From: Laetmonice hystrix
Taxonomy: Eukaryota
Assembly (NCBI GenBank): GCA_965235115.1
Contig: OZ249448.1
Coordinates: forward strand, 7,440,001-7,504,000
DNA: 64,000 bases
Reading direction: 5' to 3'
Shown here: positions 27,548 through 38,673 of the stretch, in pieces
Layout: each line of letters opens with the position of its first letter
Position numbering within the stretch: the stretch's first letter is position 1
Notes under the pieces: generated by a model
The model's database searches: none
What the model was told of the DNA's origin: nothing
What the model saw: the letters and a program-made list of their open reading frames with translations, nothing else
Translations under genes and position numbers: made by a program

Positions 27548-28898
27548 TATTCTCCACCACAAATCAAGTTTCGCCGACACTTGGCCGGCCTAACCTGGTC
27601 CGGGCGACGAGAACAAAATGTCTGCATGCATTCCTCCACGGCTAGCTTTCTCTGCCGTCGGTCTCTGGGGACGAGTGTGGCACCACCCACCCGCCCGCCC
27701 ACTGGCTCCCAATGGGCACACATCCAACACGGTGTTCGCCATCTATACCGGGCTTACAAGCGGATCCTCCGTCGATAGCTGGGAGAATATTGATAGTGGT
27801 GGCAGGGAAACACGCCCTAATGGCTGGTGTTTGACGGAGCAGTCAGGTCAGTTAGCTCTCGATGATGACGCAGGCCCCACACATCACAACTGGACTGATT
27901 CATCAATCAACCGCTATATCACACGCCAATAACTGACCCCCGACATTAGCCCCCTTCACTCGGTGTATTCGGTGAGGATGCCGCCCTCGCTGGCTCGATG
28001 GTGCGCATGATATGCTTCAAGCATATCCACAACAATAACCAAAAAATCCTGCAAATACTCCGTACACACATCGGAACCCAAATTTATATGTGCCTGTAAA
28101 TTATTGATATTATATTATCAGTAATATAACAGGTACATATATACATTAAACTGACCTACTTACGTCGGACTGATATCTTAACTAGCCTGGTGCGTGGGGA
28201 GACCTATTGGGGTTTTGGGGCCGTATTTCAGGCAATGTGACAGATAGCATAGCTGGCCTCCTGATGGTAGCGATGATCTTGCTCCTATCACTGCCTCCAT
28301 ACACAACCACGCTCGTTCCTGTGGCCCTGATAAAAAAAGGCGTGTATCTCCTGTGATAGATCCTTACAAATGGCCATGGCGCGGCCGCCAATGTTTTCTA
28401 TATGACGCCAACAGAGATATGTATCTCTCTTATGTCCAGTATAGAAGCAAACAGCTGGTAAACTCGTGCTGTTTGAACCACATCGACCAATCTCGTGGCT
28501 GGTCGTTCCTACTTTCTGCCCTGTTTATTACGTACAGCAACATGCCACAGTCTCTTCACTGCTGTTCCCACAATAATGATTGAGGAGTCCAGCCCGAGGC
28601 AGTATCCTGCTAGATTAAAATTTCTTTCATAATCTTCAGCCCTTCACTGCCTCTACAAGTGTCAATGTTGACTTCCTTGCAGCTTTTCTTAGGGATGTTG
28701 CAGACCTTCTAGACATGTTCTCGTTATTGCTTTTCCGGGTGACAACAAGATGGCAGAGAGGCTAAGCGGAAACCCCTGAGTGCTCCTAAAACCCAATTCA
28801 GACTTCTCCTCCGACATCTCTCGTTACCGTCTCCGTTCATACTCAATCCGCTTTCCACACACTCTCCGCCACACACTATGACCTGCCCCGTACTTGGC

Positions 28899-29350
28899 GC
28901 AGTTCAGACTTGGTACGCTTTCAAAGGCAGTTCATACTTGGTGCGCTCTCAGAGGCCGTTCATACTTGGTGCGCTCTCAGAGGCAGTTCAGACTTGGTGC
29001 GCTCTCAGAGGCAGTTCAGACTTGGTGCGCTCTCAGAGGCAGTTCATACTTGGTGCGCTCTCAGAGGCCGTTCATACTTGGTGCGCTCTCAGAGGCAGTT
29101 CATACTTGGTGCGCTCTCAGAGGCAGTTCAGACTTGGTGCGCTCTCAGAGGCAGTTCATACTTGGTGCGCTCTCAGAGGCCGTTCATACTTGGTGCGCTC
29201 TCAGAGGCAGTTCAGACTTGGTGCGCTCTCAAAGGCAGTTCATACTTGGTGCGCTCTCAGAGGCAGTTCATACTTGGTGCGCTCTCAGAGGCCGTTCATA
29301 CTTGGTGCGCTCTCAGAGGCAGTTCAGACTTGGTGCGCTCTCAGAGGCAG
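28899..29350. repeat. Tandem minisatellite, 28-bp unit, about 16 copies
   Basis: Unit GC(A/C)GTTCA(G/T)ACTTGGTGCGCTCTCAGAG. Confidence 0.97.
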
Positions 29351-31031
29351 ACAGGTAGGCCTAATCATGGGTTTATCACATGATGAAACGATTTTCATAT
29401 ACGCCTTGCAAAGGCCTCAAAGGAAGAGATCGAAAAGAAGATGTATATGAGACCATACACACTGAATAGGACAAGGACAATAATAGGTGAATTCCACTCA
29501 ATTGTCCAAGATATCTGACTGAAGAGTTCGCCAATGGCAATCCATGCTCACTTCTTTCGTGGTCGCTGTATTCTGACAAACTGCTGCTGTAGAGGTTCGG
29601 AAATTTCTGGGTAATGATCTAAGGAAGTCACGACTTGGGTATCATCTGCTTGCGCGTATATTCCGCACGGGTGCTAGTATAGACCCCTTGCAAGTGACGT
29701 CAGCAACATGATGCGTGCGCAGCTTGGGTGCAAAAAACAAAGAGAATGGTTGGTCCCGCCACCTGTCAGAAACCTTACTGAAGTTTCCGATTGGTGGCTT
29801 AGCCGCCTACGTCACCAATGTTTGTAAACATTCAAGGGGTCTATACCGGTCGGCCTTGTTTGCCGATGGTGCGGCCACCAAAGATTTCCGTTCCGCACGG
29901 AGGTCGGCGAGCAAGCCTGAATTGGGCTTTAGTCTCCGGAGTTTGTCTTCGAGCGCTTGGTGTCATTTACCAGACCCTATAAGTTCATCATCCTTGTCTG
30001 AAAGTTGAAGACAGTCTTAATGACCATGGGAGTCGATGTGTGGGGTTCGCGTGGGAATATAGTTACCAGCAAAGGCGCTGCTTCTGCTCGTGTTCGGGAT
30101 GGTCACATAACAGATTGGTATAAGCAATGAGACTGGCAACCCCCACCTCCGACTAGAGGCACCACTAGTGTAAATTACAGTCTGTGAGGTCTGTGACATA
30201 ACACAACATTGTGTTAGATCCTTTCATGGACTCTCTCAGACACAATCAGTCTATACGGTCTCATCACGTTAACAATGTGGTATTAGGTATAACTTTGAAC
30301 TGGTCATATAGTCTATCCAAGGTATACGACAGGGCAGGAACTGCCACCTACTCCACCAGATCTATACCTTATACAGACATACATGACTGAGGGTCGGTCT
30401 GGGGAGAACAAATATGAAAGTAGCCAGACAGCAGCCGACACCGGCCTGACTGCCTCCGGTTCAGACCGGCCATTCGTCCATTGGTCCCACAGTTACTGAT
30501 CATTTACAGGCCCGCCCCGCTACAGGCTGGGCATCACGTTTATAACATCACTCACTGCTCATGGAGACACATTCTCGACTACTTACAAATCTGCCCCTAG
30601 AATCATTTCACCCTTTATCTGGATTAATGTCGGGAAGTGATGCAGACACTGTATTTTGTGTCACAATAAATATGTTCTCCTAGCAGCTTGGAGTCGTCAT
30701 CAGTGTCTGAAAAACGGATTAGTCTCACCGACAGCCAGTGTAAGTCGTCATGGAAGGCAGCCAGGCTTGAACACAATACAGCCCCTCAGAATCTACAATA
30801 CGGAACGACATAAATCTATCCTGACCTGGAGAACGGTAGACTTGCAATGTGCCTAGAATTAGACCTCATGCTCCAGACTTTCCCGACCTCGTGTCTTTGA
30901 AACGCCATCAAATCCGTCTGTGACCAGTGGAGCTGTTTCTCCTACTGTTGTAAGAGTGGACATCTCCTTGATGACCTCATCTCGATTCCAATCCGTCACC
31001 AATCCCAACACCCCTGGACGTGGACATGTTG

Positions 31032-31600
31032 CCGAGCAGGGCCTGTCGTTGGGAGTGGTAGATACCGAGCAGGGCTTGTCGTTGGCAGTGGTAGATACCG
31101 AGCAGGGCTTGTCGTTGGCAGTGGTAGATACCAAGCAGGGCTTGTCGTTGGCAGTGGTAGATACCAAGCAGGGCTTGTCGTTGGGGAGTGGTAGATACCG
31201 AGCAGGGCTTGTCGTTGGGAGTGGTAGATACCATGCAGGGCTTGTCGTTGGGAGTGGTAGATACCGAGCAGGGCTTGTCGTTGGGGAGTGGTAGATACCG
31301 AGCAGGGCTTGTCGTTGGGAGTGGTAGATACCATGCAGGGCTTGTCGTTGGGAGTGGTAGATACCATGCAGGGCTTGTCGTTGGCAGTGGTAGATACCGA
31401 ACAGGGCTTGTCGTTGGCAGTGGTAGATACCGAGCAGGGCTTGTCGTTGGCAGTGGTAGATACCGAGCAGGGCTTGTCGTTGGCAGTGGTAGATACCGAG
31501 CAGGGCTTGTCGTTGGGGAGTGGTAGATACCATGCAGGGCTTGTCGTTGGGAGTGGTAGATACCAAGCAGGGCTTGTCGTTGGCAGTGGTAGAAACCAAG
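31032..31600. repeat. Tandem minisatellite, 33/34-bp unit, about 17 copies
   Basis: Unit CCGAGCAGGGCTTGTCGTTGG(C/G/GG)AGTGGTAGATA, with CGA/CAA/CAT variants. Confidence 0.97.
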
Positions 31601-33298
31601 TGAGAAGATCTTCGTGACGAACCCTACCACTCACCACTCAATCGTTTGGACATCGGTATCCCGCGGAAGGGGAGTGACTGATAGGAAGGGACTCGACCCC
31701 GTGAGCTCATTATCCCACCACCCGGCCACCCGCAAACCCCATTCCCTTCTCGACCTCTGACAAATCTTGGAGGGAAAACCGCCACAGTAGATCACGCAAG
31801 GTTCCGGGGAAGGCAAGCGTAACTCTTCCTCCCAATACCAGCTACCAGACAACACTGGGGATGCTTGCGGTACGCGTCTTCCCTTTTGTCTTAAAAAAGA
31901 TTAATGGCACACACTCTATAGCGCCCGTAATGATACTCTTCCCGTCAAGTTTCTTTCCCGACTGAGTTTTTATAACAAAGGAGAATTGGGGGAGGCACTC
32001 ACAGAGCTAATGTAAATGTTTCGTCAGTAAAGATACCCTCGAAACGAGAGGAGTTAAAACGAGGTAGGAAAAACACCATCGTGATGCCAGTCTTTAATAC
32101 CCCTCTCTCCAATCTTAGTTTGAGTTATCGACCTTGAACTGAGTGAGCAGTGCGCTTTGAAACAAATCCAATGCATGGGACTGACCTTTTTTCGTATATT
32201 GTATAAACTATCACCAATAGAAATACAAATTTTATTTAAGCATAGAATTTTTTCTTGTAAGACCACTAGTCCCTTTTTGAACAGCAGGATCAGTGACAGA
32301 AGGCTGGACCAGCAGGCGACAATAACGTCGGCCCGATGGCCTGAGACGTCACGTTAGCCAGGTCAATATAAATATTGGCCTACCTGACTGTAAGGACAGC
32401 AAAGTTCAAAGACAGCAAAAAATGCCTACAGTATCCCTCTATTGCTAAATGTCCAGGCCCGGATTGGTTTCTATCTCATGAGTTTTCCTGAATCCCATGG
32501 CTCTGGTATAACATGGAGTCAAACTCAAGTTGCGTGACACCAACTGCTTTCATCCAATCTAATCTCAATGGTTTGAGCCCGACACTCGACCTGCCCACGT
32601 CCCTCGGATGTCTTTGGATTCCCTCGACGCCAGACAAAGTTATAGCAACATTTGTGTGTCATTTACTTTTTTATTTCTTTATTTGCCAGCAGTATCGACC
32701 GATGTAGTCACTGTCCACAGAGCTTTCCATTAAAACGAAAGCAGGCATCGTAAAGATCTTGTCGACAAGTGCAGCCTTATATCATTAAGGTTTGCCGGGC
32801 CGAGGTTTGGCCAACGTGAACCAATAACCTGTACCAATCAGGTGAGCCCAAGGTGACCTAAAAACCAGGGCCAATCAACCTCGTCCACCTAAACAATCAA
32901 AACCAGTCAAAGCGTCGCATCGTCTGGTTCTACAGTCTCCAGACAGAGGCCAGAGGTGGCGAGGTGTATTTGTGCACCTCTCAACCTTCGGCTCCCAACG
33001 CTGATGTATAATGAATAGAGGACATGCATGCTGTGTGGGGGCGGCTCTTTGATGTTTCTCACAGCTTACTGGGAAGGAAACCTGGAAACGTTTCTCATTA
33101 CCATATCACATGATCTTAACTACTATTCCCAGAATATGCTGTGAGCAATAAAATCGTACTGATGCACGAATTACATCTTCCGATTGTGTGGAATGTCCAA
33201 TCAAAGCCTGCCATATAATGCCACTGTCTCAACTTTAGCATAACTAAATATTGACCAGCTGGATCTCAGACAGCAATACTAAAACAGTCACATCTTAA

Positions 33299-33638
33299 AG
33301 GTGCTATTCGTGAACAAAAATTCAATTTTTTTATTTTTAATTTTGTTGACGTTTATGTGATCCCACCTATCATGGAAATAGATTCACAACAAAGGAAATC
33401 ACAATTTTTCATGGATAACGGCACAAATGGGGTTCTCTCAGAAGGCCTGTGGAGACCCTGACACGCCCCACCATAGGAAATGGCTCTATCTCGGTGCGCA
33501 CCGAGATAGGTTTCAAATGCTGCACACAAACTAATAGAAGGTTTATCAGGCCAATGGTATCGGTAGGAATTGTTTCTAGTACTATGTGCACAATGTATGA
33601 TAGGAGAAATGCCATTCTGTGCGAGACGAATAGCACCT
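33299..33638. mobile_element. Non-autonomous Kolobok-like DNA transposon (340 bp), TTAA TSD
   Basis: TTAA (33295-33298), perfect 13-bp TIR AGGTGCTATTCGT ... ACGAATAGCACCT, TTAA (33639-33642). 5'-RR...YY-3' termini with a TTAA TSD fit Kolobok rather than piggyBac (CCY...RGG). Internal perfect 24-bp palindrome at 33486-33509. Confidence 0.85.
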
Positions 33639-33748
33639 TTAAAGAGAAAACAGGTTTCCAGAATGTTGCGCGACTACAACTGACCGAACTCAACATGACT
33701 GAACCATCCATTCTCAATCCCTGGTAAGTTAAACCCTCAAAATACCCA

Positions 33749-34017
33749 GACCTGCACACAGACAGAGACATGGTTACCGACCTGCATACACAGACAAGGT
33801 GACCGACCTGCACACACAGACAAGGTGACTGACCTGCACAGACAGACAAGGTGACCGACCTACACACACATAGACACAAGGTGACCGACCTGCACACACA
33901 GACAAGGTGACCGACCTGCACACACAGACAAGGTGACTGACCTGCACACACAGACAAGGTGACCGACCTACACACACATAGACACAAGGTGACCGACCTG
34001 AACACAGACAAGGTGAC
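33749..34017. repeat. Tandem minisatellite, 26-bp unit (24-30), about 10 copies, with an internal 108-bp duplication
   Basis: Unit GACCTGCACACACAGACAAGGTGACC. The variants GTGACTGACC and CTACACACACATAGACAC each recur 108 bp apart. Confidence 0.95.
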
Positions 34018-34412
34018 CCCTGTCCACACGTCCCTGTCGCCAGCACGCGTCCACCCTACGGCTCTCAACCAAATTACCACCTCCCAGTCTGCGCCAATCA
34101 GCGCCTGCTCTCCGCCCAAATCTGATATCTCAAGTCATGCAAACACTTCAGCCAGAAGTACCTGGTGTCTTTACAGAACATTGTTAGGCTGTTAGGGCAC
34201 TTTAACAAAAATAGAAAGTTATTCAAAGTGCCAGATTGCATGGATTATCTCAATGGCATTCTGTTGTAAATCCTCTCATAACGACGGAACCCTGGCTGAA
34301 CTTTGCATAATTCTATAAGCTTCATTAACTTTAAGTAATTTCATCTTCGTCCTTTTTTCTACCTGGAGAGAAGGCTTTAAATTGATGCTTCAATTTGGTG
34401 CATTTCCCTTAC

Positions 34413-34571
34413 CTGAAACGAGTGATGATAAAACAGGTAAACGAGATACCGACAGAACAATACGGTCCCTAATTCAGCAAATCTAATCATGATACGGTCC
34501 ATGTCTTTCTTAACGTGTTTATAAAATGTTTCATTCTTACACCAGCTTTGTGAATCGGCGAGCTTCCCCAA
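34413..34571 (-). CDS. Weak candidate internal exon (159 nt, phase 0-0)
   Basis: Minus strand: CCTGATTTCAG|TTG GGG AAG... TTT CAG|GTAAGG; 53 codons LGKLADSQSWCKNETFYKHVKKDMDRIMIRFAELGTVLFCRYLVYLFYHHSFQ. Phase-compatible with the 47.1 kb exon, but no homology recognised. Confidence 0.3.
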
Positions 34572-35550
34572 CTGAAATCAGGCCTCGATAACCTAGCAAA
34601 ATAAAACCTTTCCTGACTTTCCTGGAATTCCTGCTTTGTCAGCTTTGTACATGTAGACTAGAGGTCTATTGTTCTACACTGAGCCTCTAGCCGTCTAACA
34701 TTCTGACAGAGGCCAGACATACAACATCCACTAGACAGTCATTGTCCTGATTTTATTCTGAGTACCAGGATACGTCGATTTTATTCTAAGTACCAGGATA
34801 GGGTTACGTCGATCTACAATCAGTCCTTCATATCCGTACTCTAAAATACATTTTTTACGTTCGCTTGCTGCATTCATTCTGTCTCAAATATCAAATGCTA
34901 TCAATTCAAAGAAAACCTCTTTCAATGTTGATAATAGCATCGTTTTCATAAAGCAATATTTCTTTCCAAACAGACAGTGGATATGTGAGAGATGAAACAA
35001 CATAAAGAACGAGGTTAAATATACTCACTAACCGCCTTCAATTTCATATTGTCCCCAGCTGTACTTTTCCCCTGAAGTATAAACTATAGGTAATCTGAGA
35101 GTGCTGAATACAAAAAATACCCTTACCAGGCCGAAATCTAAATGGTTGCCCCACAACAACCATTCATTATAGTGCCATTTACCTCTTTAAACGACTAAAA
35201 TAACTCCAAGGAATTTGGTGATATACTTTTCATTACATGCATTTTGTTCATTTCCCAAGCAATGGTTATTTACTAGGTCCCTGGAGAAATTCTAACGGCA
35301 TCTACCCCTATATCTAACGTACGAGCAAACGCATCGACTACTATACGACTCTTATTTAGTCTTATGCTGTGACTCCTTGTGCTAAGATATATTCCTCTAT
35401 GTCTTTTAAACAATGTATCTTTGGTTTAATTATATGTAAAGTGTATCTGCCAGGTCCACAGGTATGGAGAAGGGTGTGCGGGTAATACGCACATATAGTT
35501 TCTTACTATAAATAGGATGGATAACCAATCCTACACTGACATCACGCAAA

Positions 35551-36354
35551 CCGCCCCCGCCCTCCCACCATAGATCTGAGAACCTGGACTCGCCAACAAC
35601 AGTCTGTAGATATCCGCCCCCACCTTCTCCTAACTACCCCCCTGTCCTCCCCCACCCCCAACTCTCCCCGCCCCCGCCCTCCCACCATAGATCTGAGAAC
35701 CTGGACTCGCCAACAACAGTCTGTAGATATCCGCCCCCACCTTCTCCTAACTACCCCCCCCCCCCCCTGTCCTCCCCAACTCTCCCCGCCTCCACCCTCC
35801 CACCATAGATCTGAGAACCTGGACTCACCAACAACAGTCTGTAGATATCCGCCCCCACCTTCTCCTAACTACCCCCCCCCCTGTCCTCCCCAACTCTCCC
35901 CGCCCCCGCTCTCCCACCATAGATCTGAGAACCTGGACTCACCAACAACAGTCTGTAGATATCCGCCCCCACCTTCTCCTAACTACCCCCCCCCCCCCTG
36001 TCCTCCCCAACTCTCCCCGCCCCCGCTCTCCCACCATAGATCTGAGAACCTGGACTCACCAACAACAGTCTGTAGATATCCGCCCCCACCTTCTCCTAAC
36101 TACCCCCTGTCCTTCCCAACTCTCCCCGCCTCCACCCTCCCACCATAGATCTGAGAACCTGGACTCACCAACAACAGTCTGTAGATATCCGCCCCCACCT
36201 TCTCCTAACTACCCCCCTGTCCTCCCCAACTCTCCCCGCCTCCACCCTCCCACCATAGATCTGAGAACCTGGACTCACCAACAACAGTCTGTAGATATCC
36301 GCCCCCACCTTCTCCTAACTACCCCCCTGTCCTCCCCAACTCTCCCCGCCCCCG
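35551..36354. repeat. Tandem repeat, 109-118-bp unit, about 7 copies, variable poly-C tract
   Basis: CATAGATCTGAGAACCTGGACTC(G/A)CCAACAACAGTCTGTAGATATCCGCCCCCACCTTCTCCTAACTA(C)n... recurs at about 35569, 35686, 35804, 35918, 36035, 36144 and 36254. Confidence 0.97.
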
Positions 36355-37761
36355 TACACCAACCAGACAATGACAAATGAAGTCCAGCCTCCCAAGATAT
36401 GTGCTCGGATCTGAACCCGTCAATATTGTTGATGATCTCGTTTGACACGTCCCCCACCGCCCCTCTGATTATCTATACCCCGACATGCGGCCAGGTCAGT
36501 GGGTGCTGTCAGTGTCAACCTTTACCCCTCCCTCCTCCTCCCCCCTCCCCCCTCCCGCCAATCTCCCTCCTTACCCAGCAGAGATCGGAGGGCTCTGATA
36601 ATGATCCTCTCCCAGTGTGACGTCTGACCAAGCTGCCATGTCGCGAGGACGTCCCCAGACTCAGGCTGAAGACAGAGAGGTTTCCCTCCAGGCCCGCCGC
36701 TAATAGACTCTAGATCTGTCTGGGCTTCAGGTTGGCTTCCGTAAGGAAGACAGTGCCAAATTGGTCGTAAGTCCCTTGCTATGCCCTTCAACAAAGTAAT
36801 CTCTACATTGATATAAAATTTACGACGTCTAACATAATATAATCCACGTTGGTACATATCAACCTTGCAACAAATACGTTTCCAGTAAACTGCAAAGAAA
36901 ACTTGTAGACCGGGTCGTTGCCTTGCTCATGAATAGCCAGAATATAAGAGGTTGGGATAGCCTTTCCATTTCTTCTACTTAGAGCCTAGAACCCCCCCCC
37001 CCCCCCCATCCTTTATATTCGGAATCAAAAACAAATCCCAACTCCGGCATTGAGGTGAACCTTTGCCTGAAGTTAATGGCGCCGTTCTGTTGCATGTGTT
37101 TCTCATTGCCAACCAACAAAACACCCCATCTGTTTCTGAACGTTGTCTGCTGACAATCAGATGAAAAATATAAATGATACATGACGACGGGAAGATATTT
37201 AAGAACGGTGTTGTATAAATAAAAGGCCAGGTTTAAAACGCACTACAGAATGATGCATACGTTTTGTGATTGCATTCTCCCGTTTTAATACGACGTGTCG
37301 ACATGATGATTGATCAATAACTGCACACCAAGTATGTAATTCACTGACTGACTGACTAAAAAACCACCATATGTAACGGATGGCACGTTACACTGTACTC
37401 ATTAGGCTCCGAGAGAACGCACTTATAACAACCTCCTGCCAGGCAGAGTGGGCAACTCGACAAACAGATGGTGTCAGCATTGCTGAGTTTTCTCATCACA
37501 CATTTGCTGTCCATAATTTGTAGCCTAATCTTATAATTAACTTCGGTGACTGGCTGACTGTCAGGACAGATCTGGGGTATGAAAGCAACCCTGAGTCGTG
37601 AACCGATGGGTTTACCCCCTACACCCAGTCTGTCCCTGGTCTCGAGATGATTAACGCCTGTCAGCATCCAGCGATCACCTATTCCATCTTCCTCTCCCTG
37701 GCTGTCAGAATGACACCCTGATCAGGTATGTAACATAACACGCTGAGCTTGGGATTAATCT

Positions 37762-37826
37762 CACCCACACCCACACCCACACCCACACCCACACCCACAC
37801 CCACACCCACACCCACACCCACACCC
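37762..37826. repeat. (CACACC)n microsatellite, about 11 copies
   Basis: Direct reading of the sequence. Confidence 0.97.
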
Positions 37827-37982
37827 AGCTGATCGTCTCCCCGACTCCCACAACTCAGTCTGGTCATTCCCTCATGGTAAAATCCCCACCAAGTTGTGAA
37901 GCGGGGGTCAGAGTAAGGGCAGGAGAGAAATCGATGTTGTTCTTCATCCCACCAATTTCATGAGAAGTTACCATGAGCATCT

Positions 37983-38673
37983 TACCCTGGGTCACACCAA
38001 GACTGCATCCAGACTAAAGGTTCAACCCTTAGATTGCCACCTACCCTGGGTCACACCAAGACTGCATCCAGACTAAAGGTTCAACCCTTAGATTGCCACC
38101 TACCCTGGGTCACACCAAGACTGCATCCAGACTAAAGGTTCAACCCTTAGATTGCCACCTACCCTGGGTCACACCAAGACTGCATCCAGACTAAAGGTTC
38201 AACCCTTAGATTGCCACCTACCCTGGGTCACACCAAGACTGCATCCAGACTAAAGGTTCAACCCTTAGATTGCCACCTACCCTGGGTCACACCAAGACTG
38301 CATCCAGACTAAAGGTTCAACCCTTAGATTGCCACCTACCCTGGGTCACACCAAGACTGCATCCAGACTAAAGGTTCAACCCTTAGATTGCCACCTACCC
38401 TGGGTCACACCAAGACTGCATCCAGACTAAAGGTTCAACCCTTAGATTGCCACCTACCCTGGGTCACACCAAGACTGCATCCAGACTAAAGGTTCAACCC
38501 TTAGATTGCCACCTACCCTGGGTCACACCAAGACTGCATCCAGACTAAAGGTTCAACCCTTAGATTGCCACCTACCCTGGGTCACACCAAGACTGCATCC
38601 AGACTAAAGGTTCAACCCTTAGATTGCCACCTACCCTGGGTCACACCAAGACTGCATCCAGACTAAAGGTTCA
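37983..38673. repeat. Tandem minisatellite, 59-bp unit, 11.7 apparently identical copies
   Basis: Unit TACCCTGGGTCACACCAAGACTGCATCCAGACTAAAGGTTCAACCCTTAGATTGCCACC. No spacers, so not CRISPR. Confidence 0.98.

Noticed and set aside
30859-31014. Minus-strand VTDWNRDEVIKEM segment reminiscent of a SAM-domain start
   Set aside because: It lacks the second conserved Trp/Leu pattern and a good donor, and the ORF's length comes from the adjacent 33-bp array.
33442-33723. Apparent plus-strand 282-nt exon (TCTCAG...CTG|GTAAGT), with a sushi-like CGDPDTP in another frame
   Set aside because: About two-thirds lies inside the Kolobok-like MITE and includes its palindrome and right TIR. The Cys pattern does not complete a sushi domain.
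37983-38673. Perfect direct repeats resembling a CRISPR array
   Set aside because: The units are contiguous with no unique spacers, there are no cas genes, and the context is eukaryotic.
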